From the IMG/VR virus record IMGVR_UViG_3300030104_002535: a stretch of 64,000 nt of DNA; one strand, given 5' to 3'. This DNA comes from an uncultured virus (IMG/VR IMGVR_UViG_3300030104_002535) (taxonomy: Duplodnaviria > Heunggongvirae > Uroviricota > Caudoviricetes). Under the pieces are notes generated by a model, which made no database searches, was not told the DNA's origin, and saw nothing but the letters and a program-made list of their open reading frames with translations. Shown here one piece after another: positions 55,581 to 64,000 of the stretch. The position numbers were made by a program, and so were the translations under genes. How positions within the stretch are numbered: position 1 is the first letter of the stretch; each line of letters begins with the position of its first letter.

Positions 55581-56741
55581 ATGTGTGGAATATATGGAAT
55601 GGCTAAGAGCCAACGACCTTACACCAAACAAGATTGGGATGAAGTCAGACGTATTATGCGTATGATGGCTATGGACTCAGAAGTCCGTGGCGCTCACTCG
55701 TCTGGTATTGCAGGCGTCGGTAATCAAGCCACAATACATAAATCACTACTAGAAAGCTCAAGATTCGTCGATACCAAAGAATACAATTCAGTAATCAAAG
55801 GTCTACGTAATGACGTCAATATTATTATTGGTCATACTAGATTTGCGACTGCAGGTAGTATTACTAAGGAAAACGCACACCCATTTAGAGTAGGCAACGT
55901 CGTTGGCGCTCATAATGGTTGCGTATATAATATAGACGAAATGGAAAAGAAGTTAGATAAAAATTGTCCAGTCGATAGCCAATTAATCTTTAAGGCATTA
56001 GACTTAAACGACGATTTTCAATCTGCAATTAGAAATTTCGACAGCGACTTTGCTTTAGCTTACGTCAAAGATAATCCTAATGTCTTAAACTTATGTCGCG
56101 AAACTAATAGACCTTTATATGTTGCTTACGTTAAACATTTACAGACTCTGTTTTTTGCGTCAGAACAAGACTTCGTCGAACAACCTCTGTTTTTATTTAC
56201 AGAGCTAGACGAAAAAGACATTAACGTCGTTAAACTAAATAGAAATAATCTATATAGCTACGACATAAATAACTTTGACAAAGAAGGTAGTAATCCGACA
56301 AAGACTAAATTCAAATACGATTCAAGAGTCTATAGTTATGGTCTTAATAGCTACTATAACAAGAATCTATATTCCTTTAGTAAGACAAAGACTGCAAACT
56401 TAGTCGGCGACACTTCGTATACCTTTAATGGTAATACTGAGTGGGAAATGGCTAACGACTATGCAGTGTTGCCTGACGATTGGAAAGAGAACGAATGGTA
56501 CAAAGACGAACAAGAAAACCTAGCGACTATCTATGGTGGTAGTGCAGAACAATGGTTTTTCGACTCTGAAGAAGGTGTTTGGATGTATGCTACAATAGAC
56601 GGCAGAATACTGCCTGAGTCTGTAGTGTCTAATGTTGGACAAATGAATATGTTTAGTCCTGAAAATGATGAACTCTTAATTGATGATACAGACGACGCAG
56701 TTGCGTTGGACGTTGCGGAAGGTATAGACAATGCCTCCTGA
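55581..56741 (+). CDS. Class II (Ntn) glutamine amidotransferase
   Basis: MCGIYG, RG..SSG, GHTRFAT.G, NAHPF, AHNG, DS. Confidence 0.93.
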   Translation: MCGIYGMAKSQRPYTKQDWDEVRRIMRMMAMDSEVRGAHSSGIAGVGNQATIHKSLLESSRFVDTKEYNSVIKGLRNDVNIIIGHTRFATAGSITKENAHPFRVGNVVGAHNGCVYNIDEMEKKLDKNCPVDSQLIFKALDLNDDFQSAIRNFDSDFALAYVKDNPNVLNLCRETNRPLYVAYVKHLQTLFFASEQDFVEQPLFLFTELDEKDINVVKLNRNNLYSYDINNFDKEGSNPTKTKFKYDSRVYSYGLNSYYNKNLYSFSKTKTANLVGDTSYTFNGNTEWEMANDYAVLPDDWKENEWYKDEQENLATIYGGSAEQWFFDSEEGVWMYATIDGRILPESVVSNVGQMNMFSPENDELLIDDTDDAVALDVAEGIDNAS

Positions 56742-58761
56742 TTACAGAAGCCAATTAGATAGACTTTCAGAAGAAGTCAACGACGCACTTAACGATGAAC
56801 AACAAATAATTGAAGAGTGCGTCCAGTGTGGAGGTAGCGTCGATGAAGATGAAGTCAGACACAACAATGACGACGAAGCTCATTGTGAAGGTTGTTATGA
56901 TACCAACTACTTTAGTTGTGCAGACTGCGGAGAGGAAACAGACTCCGCAGACGAACATACTAACGACAGTGGCTCGTCTATATGTCCTGATTGTTTTGAA
57001 GACAACTACGACTATTGTGATGGTTGCGACGAAACTCTACATAGAGACGACATGGTATGGAACGACTCAAGAGGAGCATATATGTGTACATCTTGCGACG
57101 AAGAAAACCGCGAGTCTCAAGTAGATTGGGAAGTAATGAGCAATAGCTACGTAAGAACAAGGACTGATTTTCTTACTCCGATTAACTCAGGTTATAGTAT
57201 GCATAATGGTAGACTTACCAAGCAAACAGACCCTGAGATGATGACTAATGAACATAGAGTAAAGTCAAAAGCTAAGAAATGGATGAAAGACTCTCACGAC
57301 GTAATTAAAAGTAAACGTTATGTCGGCTTAGAGTTAGAAATTAACTTAGACGATGATATGTATGACTATGATAGCGACTACTACGACGATATACATTATC
57401 TGTTGACAAGTAGGTTGGCTCAGTCTAGACATGTTTTGTCTGGAATTCAACATAAGTACCCTTACTATATGCAAGGAAACTTTGGTTTCAACGTCGTTGG
57501 AGATTCGTCTGTGACTAGTAGCAATCATCCATTAGGGTGTGAAGTCGTTACTGGTCCTAGACGTGGAGATGTTATAGTCGAAGATGTACGTACTATGTGT
57601 AAAGCTCTTAAAGAAGACGCACACGCTTATATAAGCAGTAATTGTGGTCTGCATTTACACATAGACACAAGCGACTTTGACTATAAACACTTTTCAGTCC
57701 TTAGTGCACTTACTAAGTTAATAGAGCCACACGTTTATACGTGGCTTCCGTCTAGTAGACGTAATAGTCGTTGGGCTCAACCTGTCTCTCAAGATTATGG
57801 ACAACTTAGAAATGTCTATGATAGAGATGACTTTATAAATGCCTGGTACGACGGAAATAGTTATTATCCTGAGAAATACCACGACAAAAGATATCATGGA
57901 CTTAACCTTCATTGTCATTTTTATGCCAATCAAGGGTCTGAGATTAGATATCATAGTGGTACTCTCAACGCAGACAAAATCAAACATTGGGTCGTATTTT
58001 GGACGCAAGTCTTTGATACTGCGTATGATATTGCTAATCGTATAGACGATGGACTTCCAGGGTCTAGTTTCTATGAGTCTTTAATTTATCAAAACAAACT
58101 GAAACTCTCAGACAGAGAAAGAAAGTTATTGTCAAGATATGAAAGACACGAAGAAACACTAACAGACTACAGTAAAGTTAAGTCTGACCCTGAATTACAT
58201 ATACTATATCGTAAGTTAAGGGACTTTCATGGACTAAGTACAGATGTAAGTCTGTATGCTATTGTCTATGGGTACCATTATTTAAACCCTTGGTACACAA
58301 GACAAGACAAATGTTTGACGTTTGATGGCATGATGGACTTATTTGACATACCAAAGTCTACAAGAGACTTCTATTACAATAGATACTACAATAGACGAAA
58401 TGATGAATATTTCGACCACAACCACTTAAAACGTTGTTATGGTAAAATCGACCAGTGGTATACATATTGTAAAGCAACAGAAACGTTTACTCTTGTAGAC
58501 GACACTAGCAACAGACTCGTCAAATGGGACGAACTTGGTTGTAGGCGTCCAAGAAGCAATAGAAATTGGAGATACACCTATGACGAAGCAGACGTCCAAC
58601 AACACGTTTGTAGACTAGTAAACAAATACGTAAACCAAACTGTTCAGTCTAATTTAAGGTATACTCAATCAGAGTACGACCTTATGCAACAGAACACAGA
58701 ATGGTTAAGGCGACAATATACTAGAATAGAAAACTATGTAGAGCCTTTGCCGTTTGGTTAG
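56731..58761 (+). CDS. Putative amidoligase (COOH-NH2 ligase, Amidoligase_2-like) with N-terminal CxxC repeats
   Basis: VGLELE, D.S, E.V..P, CGLHLH, RY..LN, EIR.H.GT; six CxxC pairs at the N-terminus. Confidence 0.85.
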   Translation: MPPDYRSQLDRLSEEVNDALNDEQQIIEECVQCGGSVDEDEVRHNNDDEAHCEGCYDTNYFSCADCGEETDSADEHTNDSGSSICPDCFEDNYDYCDGCDETLHRDDMVWNDSRGAYMCTSCDEENRESQVDWEVMSNSYVRTRTDFLTPINSGYSMHNGRLTKQTDPEMMTNEHRVKSKAKKWMKDSHDVIKSKRYVGLELEINLDDDMYDYDSDYYDDIHYLLTSRLAQSRHVLSGIQHKYPYYMQGNFGFNVVGDSSVTSSNHPLGCEVVTGPRRGDVIVEDVRTMCKALKEDAHAYISSNCGLHLHIDTSDFDYKHFSVLSALTKLIEPHVYTWLPSSRRNSRWAQPVSQDYGQLRNVYDRDDFINAWYDGNSYYPEKYHDKRYHGLNLHCHFYANQGSEIRYHSGTLNADKIKHWVVFWTQVFDTAYDIANRIDDGLPGSSFYESLIYQNKLKLSDRERKLLSRYERHEETLTDYSKVKSDPELHILYRKLRDFHGLSTDVSLYAIVYGYHYLNPWYTRQDKCLTFDGMMDLFDIPKSTRDFYYNRYYNRRNDEYFDHNHLKRCYGKIDQWYTYCKATETFTLVDDTSNRLVKWDELGCRRPRSNRNWRYTYDEADVQQHVCRLVNKYVNQTVQSNLRYTQSEYDLMQQNTEWLRRQYTRIENYVEPLPFG

Positions 58762-58920
58762 TAAATAGACGTAATTAAGACATTGACAATATTAATATAT
58801 TAACAAATTAAATAATCTAACGTCGGTGTCTTTTTTACGTCTATAAAATTTTTTTTATTGACATATATATATACTAGCTAGATAGATGTTGCGATTTTTA
58901 AAAATTATTATTATATTGAA

Positions 58921-59034
58921 TTATGGCAGATAGATTACATAAACAATTTAAGCTAGATAAAGGACTAGCCGTATACATAAGTATACCTACCCTTAGCAAA
59001 TGCGTTTATTGGTTGGCGCCTTTGTCTGCCATAA
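58921..59034 (+). ncRNA. Candidate ~110-nt structured RNA with its own promoter
   Basis: 12-bp terminal stem enclosing hairpins; TTGCGA-N17-TATATT immediately upstream. Confidence 0.5.
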
Positions 59035-59062
59035 AGTTTTGTAAGCAACAAAGAGTCTGCAT

Positions 59063-59272
59063 ATGAGCGACTATTTACAATTTTTGTCCACAGAAGAGTA
59101 TGCAGACAACTATGGCATATATACTCCTGCAGTCCAATGCGACTGCGGGAATGCCTGCGACGGCGATGAGCCAAAGATTTATATTAACGAATGTGAATTG
59201 TGCGAGGAGTACAAAGATGAAGAAGATAGTAGACAAGACGTGGTCTATAAAACACGAAGGTCATTTGAATAA
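59063..59272 (+). CDS. Small acidic Cys-containing protein
   Basis: CxC..CxxC; an overlapping alternative frame exists. Confidence 0.4.
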   Translation: MSDYLQFLSTEEYADNYGIYTPAVQCDCGNACDGDEPKIYINECELCEEYKDEEDSRQDVVYKTRRSFE

Positions 59273-59368
59273 AAATAATATTATATTTAATGAAAAGATG
59301 AACAGACTAATCCAAGACTTAGAAAGAGTTAATAATAGTCTAGGACATTTTGTGCTTAGGGAGGGCAA

Positions 59369-59602
59369 ATGGATAAAAGAGCAAAAAAAGCAATAAGATT
59401 GCAAAGAGACATACTTAAATCTACGTCTATGTTACATAGTTTAGGATATAGAATTGAAACTGTATACATAAAAGGCGCAGGTTGGAGTAGTGAGATAGTC
59501 GACAGAAATAATGGCGAAAATCACGAATTAGACGAACACAGTGAACCTAGACCTTTTCCAGGAATGGAAGGCAGGGGAATAGACGGAGGTACAAATGAGT
59601 AA
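59369..59602 (+). CDS. Hypothetical protein
   Basis: GGAGG RBS. Confidence 0.55.
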   Translation: MDKRAKKAIRLQRDILKSTSMLHSLGYRIETVYIKGAGWSSEIVDRNNGENHELDEHSEPRPFPGMEGRGIDGGTNE

Positions 59603-59828
59603 AGGATATGAGCAGTTTAAAAAAGTAGATAAAGAATTAGACGCACTTCTTCTCTATCTAGAGAAGTTAGAAGAAGAGCACGCAAAAGTAATAAGCGATT
59701 GCGACAAAAACTTTAGAAACTATGAAAGGTATAAAAAAGGCTATAATATATTATGTGCTTATTTTGATTACATACCTAATGACGAGAAAGACTCGGTAGA
59801 TAAAAAGTTAATGAAATTGGATTTATAA
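59595..59828 (+). CDS. Hypothetical protein
   Basis: GGAGGT RBS. Confidence 0.6.
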   Translation: MSKGYEQFKKVDKELDALLLYLEKLEEEHAKVISDCDKNFRNYERYKKGYNILCAYFDYIPNDEKDSVDKKLMKLDL

Positions 59829-59874
59829 AGTTTTAAAGTTTATATTGACTATGGTAAAACTTTATAGCTATATT
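59824..59874 (+). promoter_or_regulatory. Promoter with 12-bp inverted-repeat operator
   Basis: TATAAAGTTTTA/TAAAACTTTATA flank TTGACT; TATATT at 59869. Confidence 0.6.
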
Positions 59875-59880
59875 GCACTT

Positions 59881-60063
59881 ATGAAAAACAGATACCAAAC
59901 ATCTTTTGTCGTAGATAAACAACTTTGGATAAAGTTTAAGTCTAAGACATTGAAAGAAGGTGTATCAATTAAAGACAAACTGCATAGTCTGATGACAGAT
60001 TATGTTAATAACAAGGAGACAAAGAATGCCCGCAATTGGTTTTCTCTACCCAAATGGAGATAA
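59881..60063 (+). CDS. Ribbon-helix-helix regulator
   Basis: QTSFVVD..LW..FK.....EG.SI...L..LM..YV. Confidence 0.7.
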   Translation: MKNRYQTSFVVDKQLWIKFKSKTLKEGVSIKDKLHSLMTDYVNNKETKNARNWFSLPKWR

Positions 60064-60907
60064 AGTAACGTTTGAAGACGTAAGGAAGGGCAATGTCGAT
60101 ATTGTTAAAATGGGTATGTCATTACCTACTTTAATTGAAATGTCGAAAGAAAGAGACCCTAATAGAAAGCCGTCTACTACAGAGTTGCTTGTCGGTACAT
60201 GTGAGTCCTACTTAAAGAGAACGAAAGAATATTATGTGAATCCACAAGATAGAGCGTTTTCTTTGGCAGGAACAATGCACCACGCTAAACTCGAGCAACA
60301 CGAGGACGACAGACATATGTTAGAAGAAAAGCTAGAAGAGTTTGATATAACTGGTATAGCCGACTTATATGATAAGGAGACTAAAACATTGCTAGATTAT
60401 AAAAACACTGGCTCTTACAAGTGTGCTCAACTATTAGGGATGACATATAGACTAGTACCAGACCCGTCTGGTGCAAAATACAAAATCTCTGGCAAGTGGG
60501 GTAAAAAAGGTACTCCAAAACAAATAAAAGAATGGTACAGAGATGAAGGTTTAGCAGACTTCGGAGACTGGGGTTGGCAAGTAAATTGGTATAGATATCT
60601 TTTGGAGAAAGCTGGATATGACGTAGAACATATGTATATTCAGGTTACTTTAAGAGACGGTGGACTAGCCGTATCTAGAGATAGAGGGCTAGACAGACAT
60701 ATCTATCTAATAGAAGTGCCAAAGTATGACGACGAAGTGTTAGAGTTTAAGTTTTTACAAGCTAGAGATGATTTATTAAAAGCTTTAGAAACTGGAAACT
60801 TACCTCAACAATGTAGTAAAGAACAAACCTGGGACGGTAAGAAGTGTGAAGCATATTGCGACGTACGAAACTTATGTCCTTACAACAATGGGAGTATAAA
60901 TGGGTAA
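60026..60907 (+). CDS. PD-(D/E)XK (Cas4/RecB-like) exonuclease
   Basis: C, GT..H, ITG.AD, LDYK, Q...Y, C..YC.V...C; AAGGAG RBS before ATG 60026. Confidence 0.8.
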   Translation: MPAIGFLYPNGDKVTFEDVRKGNVDIVKMGMSLPTLIEMSKERDPNRKPSTTELLVGTCESYLKRTKEYYVNPQDRAFSLAGTMHHAKLEQHEDDRHMLEEKLEEFDITGIADLYDKETKTLLDYKNTGSYKCAQLLGMTYRLVPDPSGAKYKISGKWGKKGTPKQIKEWYRDEGLADFGDWGWQVNWYRYLLEKAGYDVEHMYIQVTLRDGGLAVSRDRGLDRHIYLIEVPKYDDEVLEFKFLQARDDLLKALETGNLPQQCSKEQTWDGKKCEAYCDVRNLCPYNNGSING

Positions 60908-61529
60908 AATGAGTGAACTAGATATGTATCAGTCTGATATGGAGTCTTTGCAAGACCAAGCAATGCTTAACACTTCAGATGATATATTGATACGTAAGCA
61001 CCAAAAGGTTTCAGAACAACCTACTCCTCAAGACGTAGTTAAAAGCAAAAATGGTTTTGACTATGTAGATGAAGGATATATGCGTTGGCGACTAAATCAA
61101 CATTATCCTATTTGGTCTTGGGAAGTAGTGAAATATGAGACATTAGGTGATAAAGCTATTGTAGTACATGGACGTCTTAAGATTATGGACGAAGGTGTGA
61201 CACGTAGTTTTGACTCAGTTGCTGCACATAGAATAGCTGTAGCTAGAAGTGGCAGTGGTTATGTAGACTTAGGTAATGACCTAAAAGCTGCAAACTCAGA
61301 CGCATTTAAAGTTGCAGTCAACAGACTATGTAATGTAGCTGATGATGTATATCGAAAGCAATATGTAGATAAGAGCCTTGGTGATGTCCAGGTAAATAAT
61401 CTTATGGATGTTATTGCAGAACTAGATAAAAAAGAAGCAGACCAAGTGTATAATGCACTGAAGTCTGGAAAGATAAACCAGGACAATTACGATAAAGTAA
61501 TGTCTAAACTTACTGGAGCAAAAAAATGA
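60900..61529 (+). CDS. Rad52/Rad22-family (Sak-like) single-strand annealing protein
   Basis: FDYV......RLN......WSWE, KAA.SDAFK.A. Confidence 0.8.
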   Translation: MGKMSELDMYQSDMESLQDQAMLNTSDDILIRKHQKVSEQPTPQDVVKSKNGFDYVDEGYMRWRLNQHYPIWSWEVVKYETLGDKAIVVHGRLKIMDEGVTRSFDSVAAHRIAVARSGSGYVDLGNDLKAANSDAFKVAVNRLCNVADDVYRKQYVDKSLGDVQVNNLMDVIAELDKKEADQVYNALKSGKINQDNYDKVMSKLTGAKK

Positions 61530-62083
61530 GTAATGTGAAAGATATGCTTTCTGACTTAGATTCTAATGTAGCTTACTATAATCCTACAGAAGATACAGCA
61601 GGAAGTAAATACGAAACAATACCCGAAGGAACCTTTGAAGCGAACGTAGTAAAGCTAAATACAAAGAAAGATATCATTGTAAAAGGCAAATATATTAGCG
61701 ACATTTTTGAAGCTATATATACTATTGACGACGCAAACCATCCTACTTTTAAGGGAAGGGAAGTAAAGTCGAAAGGTTACTTCAGATTCAAGACTCCTGA
61801 CAAAAAGAAACATCCTAATCTTGAGGATAATCAAGGCAATAATAAAGGATACATGATTTTTGCAGAAGCTTGTGGATATGAAATGGAAAAAGACCAACAA
61901 GGTAGGTATCAATTACCATATCTTATGGAGTCTGACATTTCAGGTAATCCTGTAACTATCAAAGTCGTTCACGACAAGTGGACTAACAGTGAAGGTGAAG
62001 AGAGGGTAACACCTTTAGCTGTAAATGTCTTTAAATCAAAAGACAGAGTCGCTCCGATGAAAGACGAGGAGCTGCCGTTTTAA
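61526..62083 (+). CDS. SSB-like protein
   Basis: IPEG.F.A.V, G..V.IKV, DEELPF tail. Confidence 0.65.
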   Translation: MSNVKDMLSDLDSNVAYYNPTEDTAGSKYETIPEGTFEANVVKLNTKKDIIVKGKYISDIFEAIYTIDDANHPTFKGREVKSKGYFRFKTPDKKKHPNLEDNQGNNKGYMIFAEACGYEMEKDQQGRYQLPYLMESDISGNPVTIKVVHDKWTNSEGEERVTPLAVNVFKSKDRVAPMKDEELPF

Positions 62084-62313
62084 TGTTTAATTTAAGACTA
62101 AACAAACAAGAATGTATGGACTTGATAGAGATGTTAGAACAACATCGAAGAGAAGGCGAAGATAAAGCCTTAGCTGCACTAAGACATAAAATCAAAAATG
62201 ATTTTCAGTCTCAATTCACATCTGAGGAAAGAGCTTCCAAATTCAGTGAAGAAGACGTCTTAAAAAATGCAGCAGTAGCTATAGGTCCATCTTACTGTGA
62301 AACGTGCGACTAA
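62083..62313 (+). CDS. Hypothetical protein
   Basis: TAATG coupling. Confidence 0.55.
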   Translation: MFNLRLNKQECMDLIEMLEQHRREGEDKALAALRHKIKNDFQSQFTSEERASKFSEEDVLKNAAVAIGPSYCETCD

Positions 62314-62540
62314 TGAAAATATCGACTTGGAACAGAATAATGAAATCTTTTGAAGACCTTATGGGTCATGAAAAAGGACAAAGAGAAGTTGTCATTTTAA
62401 AAAGATGGAACTTTGGTGACAAGGAGATAGACGATATAGGTGAGCGAGAAGAAAAGCTTCTCGTTCACTTACTTCGTATAAGATATAAGGAGATACTTGA
62501 TGAGAAACCTAAAAATAGTCAGAGAGATTCTAATGACTAA
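62304..62540 (+). CDS. Hypothetical protein
   Basis: Operon position. Confidence 0.5.
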   Translation: MRLMKISTWNRIMKSFEDLMGHEKGQREVVILKRWNFGDKEIDDIGEREEKLLVHLLRIRYKEILDEKPKNSQRDSND

Positions 62541-62706
62541 GGGTAGTATATGCGAATGGGAGGCAGCATACAAATATGCAATAACTCCTAAAGAATTGTC
62601 TAGAATAATAGACTTAGTACAAAAAGAAGGTTTTATTATGTCAAAACAAAGATTTTTCTTTGATTTTGAGTACGATGTAGTAAAAATTAACAAAAATTTA
62701 AAATAA
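62497..62706 (+). CDS. Hypothetical protein
   Basis: Operon position. Confidence 0.45.
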   Translation: MMRNLKIVREILMTKGSICEWEAAYKYAITPKELSRIIDLVQKEGFIMSKQRFFFDFEYDVVKINKNLK

Positions 62707-62808
62707 TGAACGAGGATACTCCTAGAATCAATTATACTTATTTAACCGATAGTTATATCAAAAAAATAATTTTACGAGCTTTAAGGGGCATTCTCGAAAG
62801 GAAAAATC

Positions 62809-63210
62809 TTGGAAGACCTGATAAAATATAGAAAAAGGTTTAATCAACCTATAGTTTTCAATGGATTACAAGACGGAGTGATATCTCCTACAGATATCGA
62901 CTTTGTTTTTGAAGTAGACAATAAGTTTTTACTTATTGGAGAATGTAAGGTAGAAGGCAAAGACCTTACTATCGGACAAAAACTAGTATTACAAAGACTA
63001 GTAGACAACTGGACGGCAGCAGGTAAGCTTGCTATTGCATATTATGTAACTCACAACTTTCATCCAGACGATGATGTAGTCTTGTCTGAGTGTAATGTAC
63101 ATTCCGTATATACATCTGGACAGTGGCAAAGAAAAAATATTAAATTCAGAGACAGCCTAATGAAGTTAGCAAAACATTGGGATATAGGAAAATTAAAGAA
63201 TTTAAAGTGA
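62809..63210 (+). CDS. Restriction-endonuclease-fold protein
   Basis: PTDID...E.K...GQ. Confidence 0.6.
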   Translation: MEDLIKYRKRFNQPIVFNGLQDGVISPTDIDFVFEVDNKFLLIGECKVEGKDLTIGQKLVLQRLVDNWTAAGKLAIAYYVTHNFHPDDDVVLSECNVHSVYTSGQWQRKNIKFRDSLMKLAKHWDIGKLKNLK

Positions 63211-63217
63211 GGACATT

Positions 63218-63556
63218 ATGCCAAGTAAGTCTAAAGCCAAAGGTAACAGATTTGAGAAAGATTGTGTCGATATAGCTGAGAGCATGGGATTCAAAGCTAA
63301 AAGAGCTTGGGGCAGTGACGGAAGAAGTTTAGGTCACGACCCTGAGGTAGACGTACTAATCAAATACTTACTAAGCGAGAACCAAGAAAGAGAGATGAAG
63401 GTTCAATGCAAAGTAAGAAATAAAATAGCTCAATATCTTCTACCACCTGATAGTTGCGACATCACTCTTATCAAGCAAGATAGAGGTGAGGTATATGCAA
63501 CAATTAGGTACAAAGATTTGTTAGAGCTTATACAATTAACATATCAATTAAACTAA
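63218..63556 (+). CDS. Holliday junction resolvase-like (Hjc-type) nuclease
   Basis: SK.KG.RFE, D, VQCK.R. Confidence 0.75.
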   Translation: MPSKSKAKGNRFEKDCVDIAESMGFKAKRAWGSDGRSLGHDPEVDVLIKYLLSENQEREMKVQCKVRNKIAQYLLPPDSCDITLIKQDRGEVYATIRYKDLLELIQLTYQLN

Positions 63557-63573
63557 ATTTATAGGGAGTATAA

Positions 63574-63936
63574 ATGAGAATATATTATGACCAAAAGTCT
63601 AAGGACGAGTACGAGCAGGAAAAATCTGCTTTCATGTCCTTATGGAATTACTTTGGTGAAGATGAAGAATGGTTTGACAAACAAGTTGTAGATAAGTATA
63701 TTAGGAACAAGAATAATCCTCATTACGAGAACAACAGAAAGTTTGTACAATACAAAGACATATCAACTACTAGGATTCCTACTAGATGTCCTAAGTGCAA
63801 GCGTGCTTGGGCTATAGAAATGACTGGAAGCAAATTTGAACCTAACATTCTAGACCCTGAAGTTTATAACAATATACCAATGGTAGAAGGAGAATGTCCT
63901 AAACCCATAGATAAAACATGTAAGGAGAAAGAATAA
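63574..63936 (+). CDS. Hypothetical Cys-containing protein
   Basis: GGGAG RBS; CPKC. Confidence 0.55.
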   Translation: MRIYYDQKSKDEYEQEKSAFMSLWNYFGEDEEWFDKQVVDKYIRNKNNPHYENNRKFVQYKDISTTRIPTRCPKCKRAWAIEMTGSKFEPNILDPEVYNNIPMVEGECPKPIDKTCKEKE

Positions 63937-64000
63937 TGGTACCACAAGAATCACTATCTATACATAACCTTGAGACAGAAAAAGCTGTATTGGGCTGTAT
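63936..64000 (+). CDS. Probable DnaB-like helicase N-terminus (partial)
   Basis: MVPQESLSIHNLETEKAVLGC resembles the DnaB HN.E.E.AVLG start; only 21 codons visible. Confidence 0.55.
   Translation, partial: MVPQESLSIHNLETEKAVLGC

Larger units (their letters stand above)
32607..64000. mobile_element. Phage B: partial podovirus-type genome
   Basis: Second, unrelated TerL, P22-like portal, scaffold and capsid; no tail tube or tape measure; replication/recombination genes run off the right edge. Confidence 0.8.

Noticed and set aside
58921..59034. tRNA or tmRNA gene
   Set aside because: No GTTCRA T-loop or canonical cloverleaf spacing; kept only as an unknown ncRNA candidate.
1..64000. Integrated prophage in a bacterial chromosome
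   Set aside because: No host housekeeping genes, integrase or att-like context seen.
1..64000. Alternative genetic code or stop-codon reassignment
   Set aside because: Hallmark genes are intact and densely packed under the standard bacterial code; the micro-ORFs are linked by frame-shifted TAATG overlaps, not in-frame stops.

Overview
AT-rich tailed-phage (Caudoviricetes) DNA that holds two different phage genomes joined inside a tail-fibre gene. Phage A (about 1-32,606) looks like a complete, circularly permuted ~32.6 kb siphovirus-type genome. It has TerS/TerL, an SPP1-like portal, a MuF-like protein, scaffold, capsid, tail tube, a frameshifting chaperone pair, tape measure, tail tip, GH108 lysin and holin, a divergent early region, and a ParB + TET/JBP dioxygenase + glycosyltransferase cassette just upstream of the terminase. 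Phage B (about 32,607-64,000, incomplete) is podovirus-type. It has a P22-like portal, a second TerL, capsid and scaffold, a nozzle-like protein, a long fibre, GATase-II + amidoligase + GGCT, a Cas4-like nuclease, a Rad52-like SSAP, a resolvase and the start of DnaB. Nucleotides 1-99 are identical to 32,607-32,705 and patchy homology runs to about 1,100/33,750, so the two phages share a fibre segment; the join is most likely a lollipop-shaped assembly, less likely a real recombinant. Both genomes lack GATC except in the distal fibre module. Both carry arrays of tiny Lys/Arg-rich proteins and the same membrane-protein/thioredoxin-like gene pair. Several structured ncRNA candidates are present. 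All protein calls are motif recognition by eye; no database searches were run.
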